A stretch of 63,928 bases of DNA, filler included, from Reclinomonas americana ATCC 50394 (Eukaryota), in the NCBI GenBank assembly GCA_048213135.1. It is 6 parts of 4 records of this genome, joined end to end, with 100 filler letters (N's around TTAATTAATTAA, not from the genome) between each part and the next. Parts side by side here need not be neighbours in the genome. Positions count along the whole stretch, not along the records: positions 1 to 22,875 come from PS015050.1; 5 more parts are not named here. One strand, given 5' to 3'. The notes below the pieces were generated by a model that worked only from the letters and a program-made list of their open reading frames with translations, searched no databases and had not been told where the DNA came from. The position numbers and the translations under genes were made by a program. Shown here one piece after another: positions 1 through 12,700 of the stretch (within the stretch, counting starts at the first letter, position 1; each line of letters opens with the position of its first letter).

Positions 1-113
1 AAGAGAAGACCGAAAGGAAAAAGATGCAGGAACAAGAGTGGACGACAACAGAGGAGAGAAGGGGGTAACTACAGACTGACAAGTGGGGCTGCGAAGCCAC
101 AGTCTCACATGTC

Positions 114-525
114 GACTGGCAGCAGCTTCTTCATGTCTCTCTCCAGAATAGAGACGACATCAGCAAGCACGAGAAAGAGGAAGAAAAGACGGCAGGCAGC
201 AGCTTCTTCTTGTCTCTGTTCCTACTGCTGCATCATTGAATAGAGACGGCAGCAGCACGAAGCATGAAGAAGAGAAGGCAGGAAGACTGGCAGCAGCTTC
301 TTCGTGTGCCTCTCTTCCTACTGCAGTCCAGCTTGCAGCACTGAATAGAAGACGATATGAAGCACGAAGCTTGAGAAAGAGGAAGACTGGGAGACTGGCC
401 GCAGCTTCTCCGTGTTGCCTCTCTCCTCCGCTTGCAAGCAAGAAAGCCAAGTGTTGCAACAGTCTCATACGAGAAAGAAGACGACAGGAAGACAGGCAGC
501 ACCTTCTTCATGTTGCCTCACTGTT
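114..525. repeat. Degenerate ~100-bp tandem repeat (about 5 units), probably intronic
   Basis: Motif gac(t/a)ggc(a/c)gca(g/c)cttct(t/c)c..g..(c)tct recurs near 114, 195, 285, 393 and 491. Confidence 0.6.
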
Positions 526-855
526 GCTCAGCTGGCGAGCAAGAAGCCAAGTGTTGTCGTAGTCTCACACGAGAAGCGATATGCAGCATGTAGCTTCTCC
601 ATGTTATCATCCTTGCCTGTCTCACCTGCACCAATGCCCGCAAATCTCCCCCCGCCTCCCACAACAACAGCGACGGCACATGCGAGTAGTCTCCCTCTGG
701 AACCTCCGTCTTGCACACCACACGCCGCATCAGTTCCACTGCNNNNNNNNNNNNNNNNNNNNNNNNNNNNNNNNNNNNNNNNCAATTGCATTCCTCTCAC
801 ATCCTTTCCCTCCCTCCCTCTCCCTTTCCCTTCCTTCCCCCCTCCCTTCCTCCAG

Positions 856-1266
856 CGCGCCATCACCACTGGCCACGCCCGCCTTGTGATTCCCATCGCG
901 GACACACTGACATCGGCGGATGCACTCCAGGAGCTGGATGCCGACGCGCTCGTGTGGTCATTCGGTCGCTGCCTACCGCCCGCGAAAAACGCAGTCGTTT
1001 TGTGCGATGCAAGCGTGGTGTCTGCAGAACAGTATCGACCGGCGCACGTGCACCCCGTGTCGGCGGGTGTGTCGTCGGAGGCGATGGTGGAGCAGGTGAC
1101 GCGTGCTGTGGAGCGAGACCGTGCGCTGGTGTTGTCTCCCGAGGTGGCGGCTGTGGTCCCGCGCAGTGTGTGGCTGGAAGTGGGGTACACGGAGGTGGTA
1201 GAGGTGCTGGACGTGGTCGCCGACTGCGTGTTGCAGTGGTTTGCTGACAACCGAAAAGTATCATAA
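856..1266 (+). CDS. Terminal exon of hypothetical protein (upstream exons not resolved)
   Basis: Pyrimidine tract plus CAG acceptor at 853-855; GC-rich open frame RAITTGHARLVIP...DNRKVS to TAA; no recognised motif. Confidence 0.6.
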   Translation, partial: RAITTGHARLVIPIADTLTSADALQELDADALVWSFGRCLPPAKNAVVLCDASVVSAEQYRPAHVHPVSAGVSSEAMVEQVTRAVERDRALVLSPEVAAVVPRSVWLEVGYTEVVEVLDVVADCVLQWFADNRKVS

Positions 1267-1478
1267 AGGCTTGTGTTTGGAACGATTCACTGAGGGGACA
1301 TGAACGCGTGCGAAGCAAAAGGGCTCGAGAGAGCAGAAGGATGCATTATTTGACACAGAGGAATATCAGACACCGCTGTCGGTGACTTCGCCAGGAAAAG
1401 GGTTGCCTCGCGTGATGAAAAGGTGTGGCCAGAGAATGAAAACAATAGGAGAAACGGTCGGCAAGACGAAGAGATTAT

Positions 1479-2558
1479 TCAGAGACCGCCGTCGGCGAAA
1501 CATCGATGCATCACGACCTCCGCCTCCTCGACCAGGAAGCAGCGCAGAACGATCTCCACCAAGCAGCGTCGATCCACTTCTCCTGCTTCTTCTTGCACCT
1601 CCTGCACCGCTCGCATGGCCAATCGCGCGCAGTCGAGCTCTTGTTTCGCAAGACCGCGCGGCGTCGACCACACGCGCACAGCGTTTTTGTCGCCACCCGC
1701 ACTCGCAATGTGCTGGCCATCGGGAGTGACGGCAACAGACCACACCACACCGGTGCATCCCTCCAACCGTCCCACTTCCTCTCCACTCACGAGAGACCAC
1801 ACGCGCATCGTCACGCCACCGCTGGAAATCACAACCCACTCACCACCGGGAGTGATGGCTACCGACAGCACCGCCTCACCGTGTCCCTGCAGTCGTCGTA
1901 CCTCCACTCCACTCTCCGCACACCACACACGCACTGTCTCGTCCAGGCTACCGCTCACAATGTGCTCACCATTCGGAGTGACGGCGACGGTCCACACGGC
2001 ATCAGTGTGGCCTGTCGTACGTCGCACCTCCTTCCCACTTGCCATCGACCACACGCGCACAGTGTGGTCATCGCCGCCACTGACAATGTGCTGACCATCG
2101 GAAGTGACAGCCAGTGACAGAACCCAATCATCGTGCCCGACGAATCGTCGCACTTCCTCCCCACTCGCCATGGACCACACTCGCACGGACTCGTCCTCAC
2201 TTCCGCTCACAATGTACTGCCCATCAGGCGTGACGGTGATCGCCATCACCTCTCCAATGTGACCATCCAACACTCGCACCTGCTCGCCGCTCTCCAGCGA
2301 CCACACACGCACTGTGTGGTCGTCGCTTCCACTCACCACATGCCGACCATCGGGGAAGACGGCCACAGATCGCACCAACGCAGTGTGCCCCACCAACCGA
2401 TGCACCACCTCTCCACTCGCCAGCGACCACACACGCACGGTCTTGTCGGCACTTCCGCTGACCACGTGCTGACCGTCGGGGGTGAAGGCGACTGCGTACA
2501 CTGGGTCGGCGTGGCCACGCAGGAGCTTGCACAGGAGTGAGCGGAAAGGCGAGGCCAT
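1479..2558 (-). CDS. Intronless WD40-repeat protein (7 highly similar repeats plus short tail)
   Basis: Seven repeats of the form GH..V..VAVTPDGQH(I/V)VSGS.D.TVRVWS; 359-aa uninterrupted ORF. Confidence 0.93.
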   Translation of the reverse strand: MASPFRSLLCKLLRGHADPVYAVAFTPDGQHVVSGSADKTVRVWSLASGEVVHRLVGHTALVRSVAVFPDGRHVVSGSDDHTVRVWSLESGEQVRVLDGHIGEVMAITVTPDGQYIVSGSEDESVRVWSMASGEEVRRFVGHDDWVLSLAVTSDGQHIVSGGDDHTVRVWSMASGKEVRRTTGHTDAVWTVAVTPNGEHIVSGSLDETVRVWCAESGVEVRRLQGHGEAVLSVAITPGGEWVVISSGGVTMRVWSLVSGEEVGRLEGCTGVVWSVAVTPDGQHIASAGGDKNAVRVWSTPRGLAKQELDCARLAMRAVQEVQEEAGEVDRRCLVEIVLRCFLVEEAEVVMHRCFADGGL

Positions 2559-2866
2559 CGCGTGTGGTGCAAGGAGGAGAACCGAACTTGTTGTCGGGAC
2601 GTGTCATGTGTTGACTTCAGAAGCTGTTGTACACTTGTTGAGACTCGCACGCTGCAGTCCGTAGGGGAGAGAAAAGACAAGTTCTTCTGAAAGTAAACAA
2701 GCTGGCATGGGGGAAAATAGCTATATACCGGGAAGTAGTTCTCGACTAGACAAAAGAAACCTGCTGCTGTCTCAAGACTGGTGTGTGTGTTGATGTTTCA
2801 GATATGGTTGGACTCGGTCATCAAAACAGCTGTGCTGGGTTGTTGTTGTTGTTGAATGAATTGCTG

Positions 2867-3793
2867 TCATTCAATACGGTCGCGTTCCTGGCGCGGAAGA
2901 GCCGACCACACGCGCACCGTCTCGTCCTTGCTCCCACTCACGACGCTGTGACCGTCGGGAGAGACAGCAACAGACCACACTGCGTCGTCGTGCCCGTCCA
3001 GTTGATGCACGACCTCTCCCGTCGCCAGCGACCACACAAGCACGGCCTTGTCGTCACTGCCGCTGACAATGGATCGACCGTCCGGGGTGACAGCAACAGA
3101 GTACACAGCGGCGGTGTGACCCTCCAGCCGCTGCACTTCCTCTCCGCTCGCCAGCGACCACACACGCACGGTCTTATCCCAGCTGCCGCTCACCACATGC
3201 TGGCCATCTGGCGTGACGGCGACACAGAGCACAAGGGCGCGGTGTCCACGCAGCAGCCGCACTTCCTCGCTACTCGCCAGCGACCACACGCGCAATGACT
3301 TGTCGTCACTCCCGCTGATAATGTGGCGACTGTCGGGAGTGATGGCGACGCACAACACCATTCCAGTGTGGCCCTCCAGTCGGCGCACTTCTTCTCCACG
3401 TGCCACAGACCACACACGCAGTGTCTGCTCCAGACCGCCCGCACTCACAATGTGCTGTCCATCGGGGGCAACGGCCACAGCACACGCGTAGTCTGTGTGG
3501 CCCTCCAGCTGCCGCACCTGTTCCCCGCTCGCCAGTGACCACACGCGCACTGACTTGTCTTCGCTGCCACTCACGATGTGCTGGCCATCGGGAGTAACGG
3601 CGACAGAGAGCACAGTGTGCGTGTGTCCTTTCATCTGTCGCACCTCTCTCCCGCTCTCGAGGGACCACAGTCGCACGATCTTGTCTTCACCGCCGCTGAT
3701 GATGTGCTGGCCATTGGGAGTGACGGCGATGGAGAACACAGTGCCGGTGTGTCCACGCAGGACCTGGCAGGGAGGGGAAGGAGGGGCGGCCAT
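2867..3793 (-). CDS. Intronless WD40-repeat protein, tandem paralogue of 1479-2558
   Basis: Likely start MAAPPSPPCQVLRGH at 3793, matching the paralogue start MASPFRSLLCKLLRGH; seven GH...VW repeats; TGA at 2867. Confidence 0.92.
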   Translation of the reverse strand: MAAPPSPPCQVLRGHTGTVFSIAVTPNGQHIISGGEDKIVRLWSLESGREVRQMKGHTHTVLSVAVTPDGQHIVSGSEDKSVRVWSLASGEQVRQLEGHTDYACAVAVAPDGQHIVSAGGLEQTLRVWSVARGEEVRRLEGHTGMVLCVAITPDSRHIISGSDDKSLRVWSLASSEEVRLLRGHRALVLCVAVTPDGQHVVSGSWDKTVRVWSLASGEEVQRLEGHTAAVYSVAVTPDGRSIVSGSDDKAVLVWSLATGEVVHQLDGHDDAVWSVAVSPDGHSVVSGSKDETVRVWSALPRQERDRIE

Positions 3794-4004
3794 GGACGAA
3801 GGCGAATGCAAGTGCGCAGACGAAGCAGACAACGATTGAGCGTCCTTCAATCGGAGGACACCATGCGCATAACATGGAGAGATCCCCAATTTCCACAACG
3901 AAGCATTGATGCACAACAACCTCCTCGACCATCAAACAACCCGTGTAAGTACATGATATTCTACATCGATCTCGTCCCACTCGCTATTGTGGCGTTCTCC
4001 TGCC

Positions 4005-5991
4005 TTATTCATCGTCACCGGTCATGTTGTGCGACTCGAGTACCTCGCACTCTCCGACTTCGCGAGGATTGAAGGCTATTCTGAAAAACATGCCATCCGC
4101 ACCGGCCACTACAGAGAGAAGGAGGATGAGAGGACGCACAAGGCACAGGTCACACAGGGGAAGGAGCTACGAAACACATGATGGTGTGCTGGTCGGGCCC
4201 AAACGCGCAAATGGTGGGATTGTCCTCGATGCCCTTGTGCTGTGCGAAGCTCCACTCGGACTTGAAGTAGCCTTGGAAGCCCGAGAAGAAGGACATTCTG
4301 CAGACGAGTGCTGCGCGTGAGAGGAGAACATTCTCTCAGAGCAGATGCAAGCGCGGGGCAATAGACGCACTTGGACTTGGTGTTGGCGGCCGCCACCTCC
4401 TTTACCTCTCGATTGGCCGCATTGATTGTGGCCCTACAAGTGTAACGTGTGAGTGGTGCTTCAACGGAAAAATCCATCAAGCTCTACGCAACTCATTCGA
4501 TGCAAACACATGCGTGGTGCCTGACGAACTCGTGCAGCAAAAGTATCGCGTGTCCGCAGAAAAGGCACTGTTCGTACACACACACCATCAATACGCGGAT
4601 GACAATTTTGGAATATGCAGAGGGCGGAAACGCAACATGCAGTAGATGATGGCTGACTCGGCACCTCGTCGGACCTCCTGCAACTTGGTCGCACTGTGCG
4701 TGTCAAAGATGCGAATCAGCGTGCCCTTCTCCGAGGCCGTGGCCAACCGCGTTCCGTCCAGAGTGAGCGCCATACAGGCCAGAGCGGACTCGTGTGCGCT
4801 GACAAATGTCTGCTGCCGCGTGGCCAGGTGCTCAATGTGCACCAGACCCGGCTCGGTGCCAGGAATGGCCAGTGTGCGTGTCGACGCGCCGGGGGAGACG
4901 GCGACCAGGCCACGTGGGCTGCGTGGCGTCGGTAAGTGTGTGCAGAAAGACGGGGGGAGGGAGGGGGGATGGGGGAGAGGGGAGAGAGGAGATATAGAAA
5001 GGGAGGGGGGAGGGAGGGGGGATGGGGAGAGGGAGGAGGGAGGGAGGAGGGAGGGAGAGGGAGAGAGAGGGGGGAGAGAGACTGAGAGCGAGAGAGAGGA
5101 GGGGGAGAGAGACTGAGAGAGAGAGAGGAGGGAGAGACTGAGAGCGAGAGAGAGGAGGGAGGGGANNNNNNNNNNNNNNNNNNNNNNNNNNNNNNNNNNN
5201 NNNNNNNNNNNNNNNNNNNNNNNNNNNNNNNNNNNNNNNNNNNNNNNNNNNNNNNNNNNNNNNNNNNNNNNNNNNNNNNNNNNNNNNNNNNNNNNNNNNN
5301 NNNNNNNNNNNNNNNNNNNNNNNNNNNNNNNNNNNNNNNNNNNNNNNNNNNNNNNNNNNNNNNNNNNNNNNNNNNNNNNNNNNNNNNNNNNNNNNNNNNN
5401 NNNNNGAGAGAGAGAGAGAGAGAGAGAGAGCACAACAAGCAATTGTTGTCATTCTCCCTCTTGCTGTCCTCCCCGCGAGAGAGGAGAGAGTGACAGCGCT
5501 GTCTCTTGCTCTTAAACTCCCTATTCACTCTCTCCCCCTCTCCCTTTCCCTCCCTCTCTCTCCCTCCCTCCCCTTTCGGCCTCCCAGCAACTCACCGCCA
5601 TCCCATCTCTTCTGACCAACGCCAACACATTGGAACGAAAGAGCATCTCCACACCACCAAGGTTGGGAGAATCCCGCGTGAAAATGTCCTTGAAAGGGGT
5701 CGTGTTGGCAATCTGACAACACACACAAGAACGACATTGATGATAATGATCAAGATGATGAGCGACTGACAGTTGAATTGTGTGAGAATCAGAGTGAGAC
5801 CTTGAAGCCTGACTTTTGCGCAATGGCCACGCATGACGCATCCTGTGTGTGTGAGAGAGAGAAGAGAGAGTGAGTGTGTGTTTCATTGTGAGAGGATTTC
5901 TTCCTCACTCTCTTTCAACACGCACTTGATTCCAGGCGAGTGAGGTGATCGCAGACTCGCGGTCTTCTCGCGCACTCAGACGCAGTGACAT
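4005..5991 (-). CDS. ATG18: ATG18/WIPI-family PROPPIN autophagy protein (multi-exon, part in gap)
   Basis: Spliced translation MSLRLS...AWNQ|DASCVAI...VEMLFRSNVLAL...LATASEKGTLIRIF...EVRRG...IYCI|AFSAD...YFKSEWSFA; lipid-binding xRRG motif; GT-AG junctions in phase. Confidence 0.9.
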
Positions 5992-6180
5992 TGGGAGGGG
6001 TGTGTGTGTGTGAGGTGCGCGCGATCGAGAGACAGAAAGGTTGGTCGCAGGACAGCAAAGGACACTCTTTCATTCTTCCTCTCTGCTGCGTGACAGGTGG
6101 AGCGTGCATCACTGTGGACGCAAGGATACGCACAAAGCTTTTTCTGTGTGTGTGTGTGCTCTTTTCGATTGACACACCTC

Positions 6181-6941
6181 ATGGACGCGATCTCAATGGG
6201 TGGGTACACAGTGAGCCACATCTGTTCCTGTTGTTTCTGATTGACACACTCCTTCACAGACGCTGTGCGTGCACAAGCGCGGGCCGCGCAAGCGACTGCC
6301 GCTCTTGTGAAAAGTAACAGCGCGAGGCTGGTTGAAGCCGTGGCCCGATCTCGTCGTGCAGCTGGTATGTACATGTGAGGTTGTGAGACACGCACGCAGT
6401 CGTTGAGCAGCGTGCGGTTTCCCGCAGCACTCGCCGGAGAACGCATGACCAAGGCCGCCTGTGACCACGGAGCGACTGACTCATGATCACCAGCTGTACA
6501 AGAGGCCTCTTGTGTCGGTGAGTCTGTTGGTGATGTTGATGGCCATAGCACGTCTCCACCCCTGCTCCGACGATGCTCTCTCTTTTCTCTGTCTGTTCGT
6601 TCATATTGTGCATGGTGTCTATTTCACGCCTCCGCCGGTCAAGCGTTGATGGTGTTCACTCAAGTGGGATCGTGCACAGACCACGTCGCCGGAGAGGATA
6701 CATCAAACGATGTACAAGTGCTGCGTGTCGATTCTGCGCTCGGGCCGTGCGATATATTCGTGTGGTTGACGAGGATATGCGAATCACGTTGCCACAGCAG
6801 TGTCTGCTGGTGATTAGCACGCTGCACACCACTTCCACGTACGCCAGTACGATGGAACCAACGTCGGTTGCTGACATCGTTTGTGCCACGTGCGTAGCAT
6901 TCTACAGGTGTTGGTCTCCCGGAAAGATGGTTGTGGAATGA
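6181..6941 (+). CDS. Possible short multi-exon hypothetical protein, divergent from ATG18
   Basis: ATG at 6181 and plausible GT/AG sites around coding-like blocks (about 6260-6364 and 6798-6941); model not fully phase-verified. Confidence 0.25.
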
Positions 6942-7411
6942 GCTCGAGTCTCTGTAAATGTTTGTGCAAACTATAGTCTCATCGGCGCTTGTCTGGTTCT
7001 CGTGGATAGTATGGCAAGAGAAGTAGTTGCTCAGCATTGGGATTGCGAGCAAAGAAACGAGGAGAACTGCAGCTGTTCCCGATCGCGATTGAACACGAGG
7101 CGTGTTCGTTCCGCTGTTGGAGCTGAGTGCTTCTTATTCTCTCCCTCGTGAAACTCTCTCGTTACTATCTTTCTGCAGCTCCCTTCCGATCGCAGCATGC
7201 ACAGCAGCTTGCAATGATCCGGACCGATATCGATCGACGTCGACTCATGATCAAATTAAATTGCAACTTGATATCGATCACAGCACAAGCTACATCGATG
7301 CTCAGCCTGCATCCCTCACTCACCACATCACACTCTGCATGCACACAGCCCATCTGCATTTCCAGACTTGTCCCCTCCGTCCATTGCTATTTCTCGCTTT
7401 TTTTTCTAGTC

Positions 7412-7713
7412 ATGAGTCTTGAGCGTTCCTTCCGCGCTCCCTCGGCCGCTGCTGGTGTTGACCAATCGCGCATTGTGCAGTTTCGCGTGTTCCACTGGAA
7501 CGTGCTGGCGGATGGACTGGCGCAGCACGGAGACTTTGTGAAGGCACACACACACTCTCTCTCTCTCTTCTCTCTTGCTCTTCAGTGAATGACTTTCTCT
7601 CTCTGTGTGTTTGTGTTTGTGTAGACTCCTGCGGAGCTGCTGGAGTGGGGCTATCGTGAGCCGCTCATCATTCAAGAGCTGGCAGCTGTGCATGCAGGTG
7701 CTGATTGATGGAA

Positions 7714-7768
<55 letters not shown>

Positions 7769-9655
7769 CGTCGTACGGACCGAACGGACGGANNNNNNNN
7801 NNNNNNNNNNNNNNNNNNNNNNNNNNNNNNNNNNNNNNNNNNNNNNNNNNNNNGAGAAGCAAGTCTGCAGTGCTGCACTCGTCCATGCAGATCACCGTGC
7901 GATCTGCAGGTACGCAATGAAAGAGAGAAAAGAGAAGAGACTGAGAGCTCAATGACAGGCGGACAAGCCAGTCTGACCATTCTTCTCTCTCACGTCTACT
8001 TCCTCGGTCATGCAACCTGCTCATGTTTGACAGTCTCCTTCGTCCACCTTGCCATGTTGCATTCCTTCCTCTCAAGCACTCTCTCTTCCTCGGAAAAAGA
8101 CTGAGTGTCTGTTCTCATCCAGGCAAACACGCAGAGCGATGCACATTCACGAGTCTCTCTATACTTGACAAGTCGTCATGCCACTCATGACTCTTTCCCC
8201 CTTCCCGCAGACCTCGTGGGCCTCCACGAGATGAACCACGTGGGCGAGGGCGAAGGTATTCCCAACTACATGGCGCACCACGGGTACGCCGGCCATTACA
8301 TTGCGAAGGATCCGTCGCCGTGCACCGGCATGGGTTTCCCCGTTGCGTCTGCGTTCCCTCTATGTTGTCTTCTCCTTCCAACACTCATCCATGTGCCCGC
8401 AGGCCGATGGCAGCGCGCTGTATGCGCGCGAGGAGCGCTTCCGAATCGTGTCACATCGGCTGATCGAGTTGACAAATCCCGACGGCAGTCCCGCGTCGCA
8501 ACGGGCCGTCGGCGTGGTGGTGCAGGAGACGCACTCGGGCGCGCACGTGTGCTTTGTGGCGGCGCACTTGAAGGCAAAGAAAGGTGAGGAGAATGACCTC
8601 GTTCGCAAGCACCAGGCTGGCGAGGTGGTGCATGTGGCGCGTGAGATGGCCGCCACTGTGGGTCGCGACTGCGCGGTGATTGTGGCCGGCGATTTCAACG
8701 GGCCGCCAACAAGTCCGCTGTACGAGGTGATGCTGAACGGCGGGTTTATCAGTGCCTACAACACGGCGACGGAAAAGAGGGATCCGGCAGGTGAGATGGT
8801 GGGGGGGAGGGGGGCGGGGGGAGGGTGGGAAGGGAGGATAAGATCTCGGTATTGATTTTATTGCCTCTTGGGATCTCTTGTTCCACACTCTCTGCTCTGC
8901 ACCCGTTAGCGTGGACTCTGCGCCCTTGACTCTTGCACTCTTCGACCTTTTCCGCTCTCCGTTGAATGCATGACAACACGCTGGTCTCGTAACTCCGACC
9001 CTCCCCCTCTGCCGTTGCACTCTTCACATTCTTCCCTCTTCTCTTATCTCTTTTTATACGTGACAACATTTGGGCCATCAACATGCGCTCTTGTCCGTTG
9101 AGTGCCTGTTGGCCCCTCTTCCTTGTGCCCTCCGCCCTCCGCGTTTTTGCATTCTTCCCTCTTCTAATCTCTGTGCTCTTGTCCGATGAGTGGATAGAGT
9201 ACTTTGGTCCCTTGTCTTCTGCTTTTCGCCACTCCCATGACCCCTTCCCCTCAACCTTGACCGTTGAATTCAACGCACCACCGTGACCTTACTTTGGCCG
9301 CCCCGTGACTCTTGCTCTCTTCACATTCAATCCCGAACCCGTGAACGTGTTACTGTTTCGCCCTCCACTCTCCACTTTCTTCCTCGACCTGCATGCTTCC
9401 CCTTGCACTTCACTCACCTCTACTTCCTCGTTTGTCCCCCCAGGAGAGCCATCCTACACCACGTGGAAGTTCCGCCCCACCGAATCGCCCAAGCACGTGA
9501 TTGACTACATTTGGTACGACCCGAAGTACCTGACCGTGGAGCGGTGTCTGTCGCTGCCCACGGAGGACGAGATTGGCGAGAACGGCCTGCCGAGTGCCAT
9601 GTACCCGTCGGACCATCTGTCGCTCGGAGCCGATTTCTTGATGGACCTGTATTGA
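7412..9655 (+). CDS. Nocturnin-like EEP-family phosphatase (CCR4/nocturnin)
   Basis: Exons give FHWNVLADGLA, LLEWGYREPLII.E, LHEMNH, AHLKAK, VAGDFN, YTTWKFR, DYIWY, YPSDHLSL; first intron has a GC donor (AAG|GCACAC). Confidence 0.9.
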
Positions 9656-9763
9656 GCCCCCGACGACCCACCTCTCTTTTGTGTCTACGTTTTGATGCAG
9701 AGAATACATTGAAAGCACGAGTGACTCCGCGAGGCGCCCGCCCGCCCTGCACCCCTCGACTAA

Positions 9764-12700
9764 TCAGTGCTCGATAATCTCGTTGATCACAATCTCCTTG
9801 ATCTGCTCGAGACAGTTCTCCAGCACATCGTTGACAACCACATGATCAAACAGGCCTGGCTCCGACGCCGCGTCCATCTCGGCATGCGCGTTTCGCAACC
9901 GCTTCTGAATGGCCTCCTCGGTCTCCGTGCCTCTGCACGACAAGGACGTGAGTGGAAAGGGAGAGACAAGGCTTGTCGCGGACATACACACCGCCCACGC
10001 AAACGCTTCTCCAGCTCCTCGCGCGATGGTGGCATCACAAAGAGGTACACGGGACTGAGGTGAGAGTTGCGAATCTGGCGCGCGCCTTGCACGTCAATGT
10101 CGAGGATGCAGATCTTGCCCTCGCTGGCCACCTTCTCCACGGCCTCCACGCTGGTGCCGTACAGGTTGCCGTGCACGTCGGCGTGCTCGAGGAACTTGCC
10201 CTGCGAGATCTCGTCCAGCATGGAGTCGCGGTTGGCAAAGTGGTAGTGGATGCCTGTGGAAGGGGAAGGCGAAGGGTGAGGAGAGAAAGGGGAAGGGTGA
10301 GGAGAAGGGGAAGGCGACGGGGAAGGGTAGGGAGAGGGAGGAGAGGGAGGAGAGGGCGGAGAGAAGGGGGAGAGAGGGAGGAGAGGGAGGAGAGGAGAGG
10401 GGAGAAGAAGGGAGGGGAGGAGAGGGTGGAGAGGAGAGGGTGGAGAGGAGAGGGTGGAGAGAGGGTGGAGAGGAGGAGAGGGAGGAGAGGAAGGAGAGAG
10501 GGAGGAGAGGGCGGAGAGAAGGGGGAGAGAGGGAGGAGAGGGAGGACAGGGAGGACAGGGAGGACAGGGAGGAGGGGGAGGACAGGGGAGGAGAGGGGAG
10601 CCAGAGGGAGGAGAAATGAGCGGATCAACGGACATAAAGGAGTGAATGCAGAGTCCGCAGGTTCATCATGAGAAACAGGCGAGTGTGTTCGACAGCCGCA
10701 GGAGTCGGATCGAAAGCGCACAAATGCACATATCAGGAGACGGAGATGATTAACAAGGACAATCAAGCAAACACAAAGCCTGCAACCCTTTGTTGGAAAA
10801 CTGGGAGAGCGAGGCGGTGACTTTCCTTCTCCCTCACCCTCCCTCCCCCATCCCACTCACCATCCTCCTCCTTCACCCTCTCCTCCCTCGCCCTCTCCTC
10901 CCTCACCCTCTNNNNNNNNNNNNNNNNNNNNCCTCCCTCACCCTCTCCTCCCTCACCCTCTCCCCCCTCCCCCATTCCACTCACCATCCTCCTCTCCTGG
11001 CCGCGGCTTGCGCGTGGTGTGCGACACGGAGAAACCAAAGAGTCGCGGATTCCACTTTTGCAGCTCGGCAATGAGCGTGCCCTTGCCGACACCACTCGGT
11101 CCGCAAATGACCAGTGGCCTCTTGGGCACCACCGGCACCTCGCCCATCTTGGAAAAATAGTCGGCCGCAAAGCCAAACACATCGTCAGGCTTCTTGACCA
11201 GCACGTACGACATGAAGTCGTGCAGCAGCTTCTTCAGCTCCGGGTGCTCGTCAATGTAGGCGCGGTGGTCGGCCTTCAGGTGCTCCTGTTGAGATAGGGG
11301 GAAGGGAAGGGACGNNNNNNNNNNNNNNNNNNNNNNNNNNNNNNNNNNNNNNNNNNNNNNNNNNNNNNNNNNNNNNNNNNNNNNNNNNNNNNNNNNNNNN
11401 NNNNNNNNNNNNNNNNNNNNNNNNNNNNNNNNNNNNNNNNNNNNNNNNNNNNNNNNNNNNNNNNNNNNNNNNNNNNNNNNNNNNNNNNNNNNNNNNNNNN
11501 NNNNNNNNNNNNNNNNNNNNNNNNNNNNNNNNNNNNNNNNNNNNNNNNNNNNNNNNNNNNNNNNNNNNNNNNNNNNNNNNNNNNNNNNNNNNNNNNNNNN
11601 NNNNNNNNNNNNNNNNNNNNNNNNNNNNNNNNNNNNNNNNNNNNNNNNNNNNNNNNNNNNNNNNNNAGAGGGTGAGAAGGGAGACGTGATTTTGTGGCAC
11701 TGGAAACAAGGGAGAGAGAAGTTGAAACGAGAGCACGGCATCCGCAGAGCAGCAGAAAGAAAAGTGGCAGACACAGGCTCAGTTGCAACAGTGAGCAGGA
11801 TACAGTGGATGAGACAGTTCACGGAAGGCAACGAGTGCATATCTACAAACTGCTGACAAGAGTGCAATCGACTTGAGCGAAACGAACGCACAGCACGCAC
11901 AGGAGTGCAAGTCGTGACAATCACTTCGATCACACAACACAAATCACCGACTCGAAAGAGCAGCTCACTTGCGCATTGACACGATCACGGTAACAGCCCA
12001 TCACAACAGCAGCTTGTGCAAAGGAAAGAGCGCAACACAGCGAATGACTCACTGGTCGATCACAACAGCCGCTTGTGTAAAGGAAAGGAGTGCAACACAG
12101 CGAACGCCTGCCACACACCGCTCACTAGTGCACGGACACGATCACAACCAGTCTTGTGTAAAGGGAAAGAGCGCAACACAGCGAACAACTTCTACACAAC
12201 GCCCTGGTGCACAGACTCGATCACGGCAACAGCTCATCACAACAGCCGCTTGTGTAAAGGAAAAGAGTGCAACGCACCGAACGCCTGCCACGCACAGCTC
12301 ACTGGTGCACGGACACGATCACAACAGCCTCTTGTGTAAAGGGAAAGAGCGCAACACAGCGAATGACTTCTGCATAACGCACTGGTGCACAGACTCGATC
12401 ACGGCAACAGCTCATCACAACAGCCGCTTGTGTAAAGGGAAAGAGCGAATGACTCACTGATGCACAGACTCGATCACAACATCACAACAGCAGCTTGTGT
12501 AAAGGAGAGAGCGCAACACAGCGAATGACTTGCTGATGCACAGACTCGATCACAGGTGCTTGTTTAAGGAAAAGAGTGCAACGCAACGAACGCCTGCCAC
12601 GCACAGCTCACTAGCGCACGGACATGATTACAAACAGCCTCTTGTGTAAAGGGAAAGAGCGCAACGCAGCGAATGACTCGCAACGCTCACTTGCGGATCA

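Noticed and set aside
1423-3839. Long antisense ORFs over the WD40 and other GC-rich genes
   Set aside because: Shadow frames of GC-rich repetitive coding sequence, with no motifs
4568-4636. Apparent non-GT-AG introns in ATG18 and the repeat protein
   Set aside because: Careful phasing resolved every traced junction as GT-AG or GC-AG
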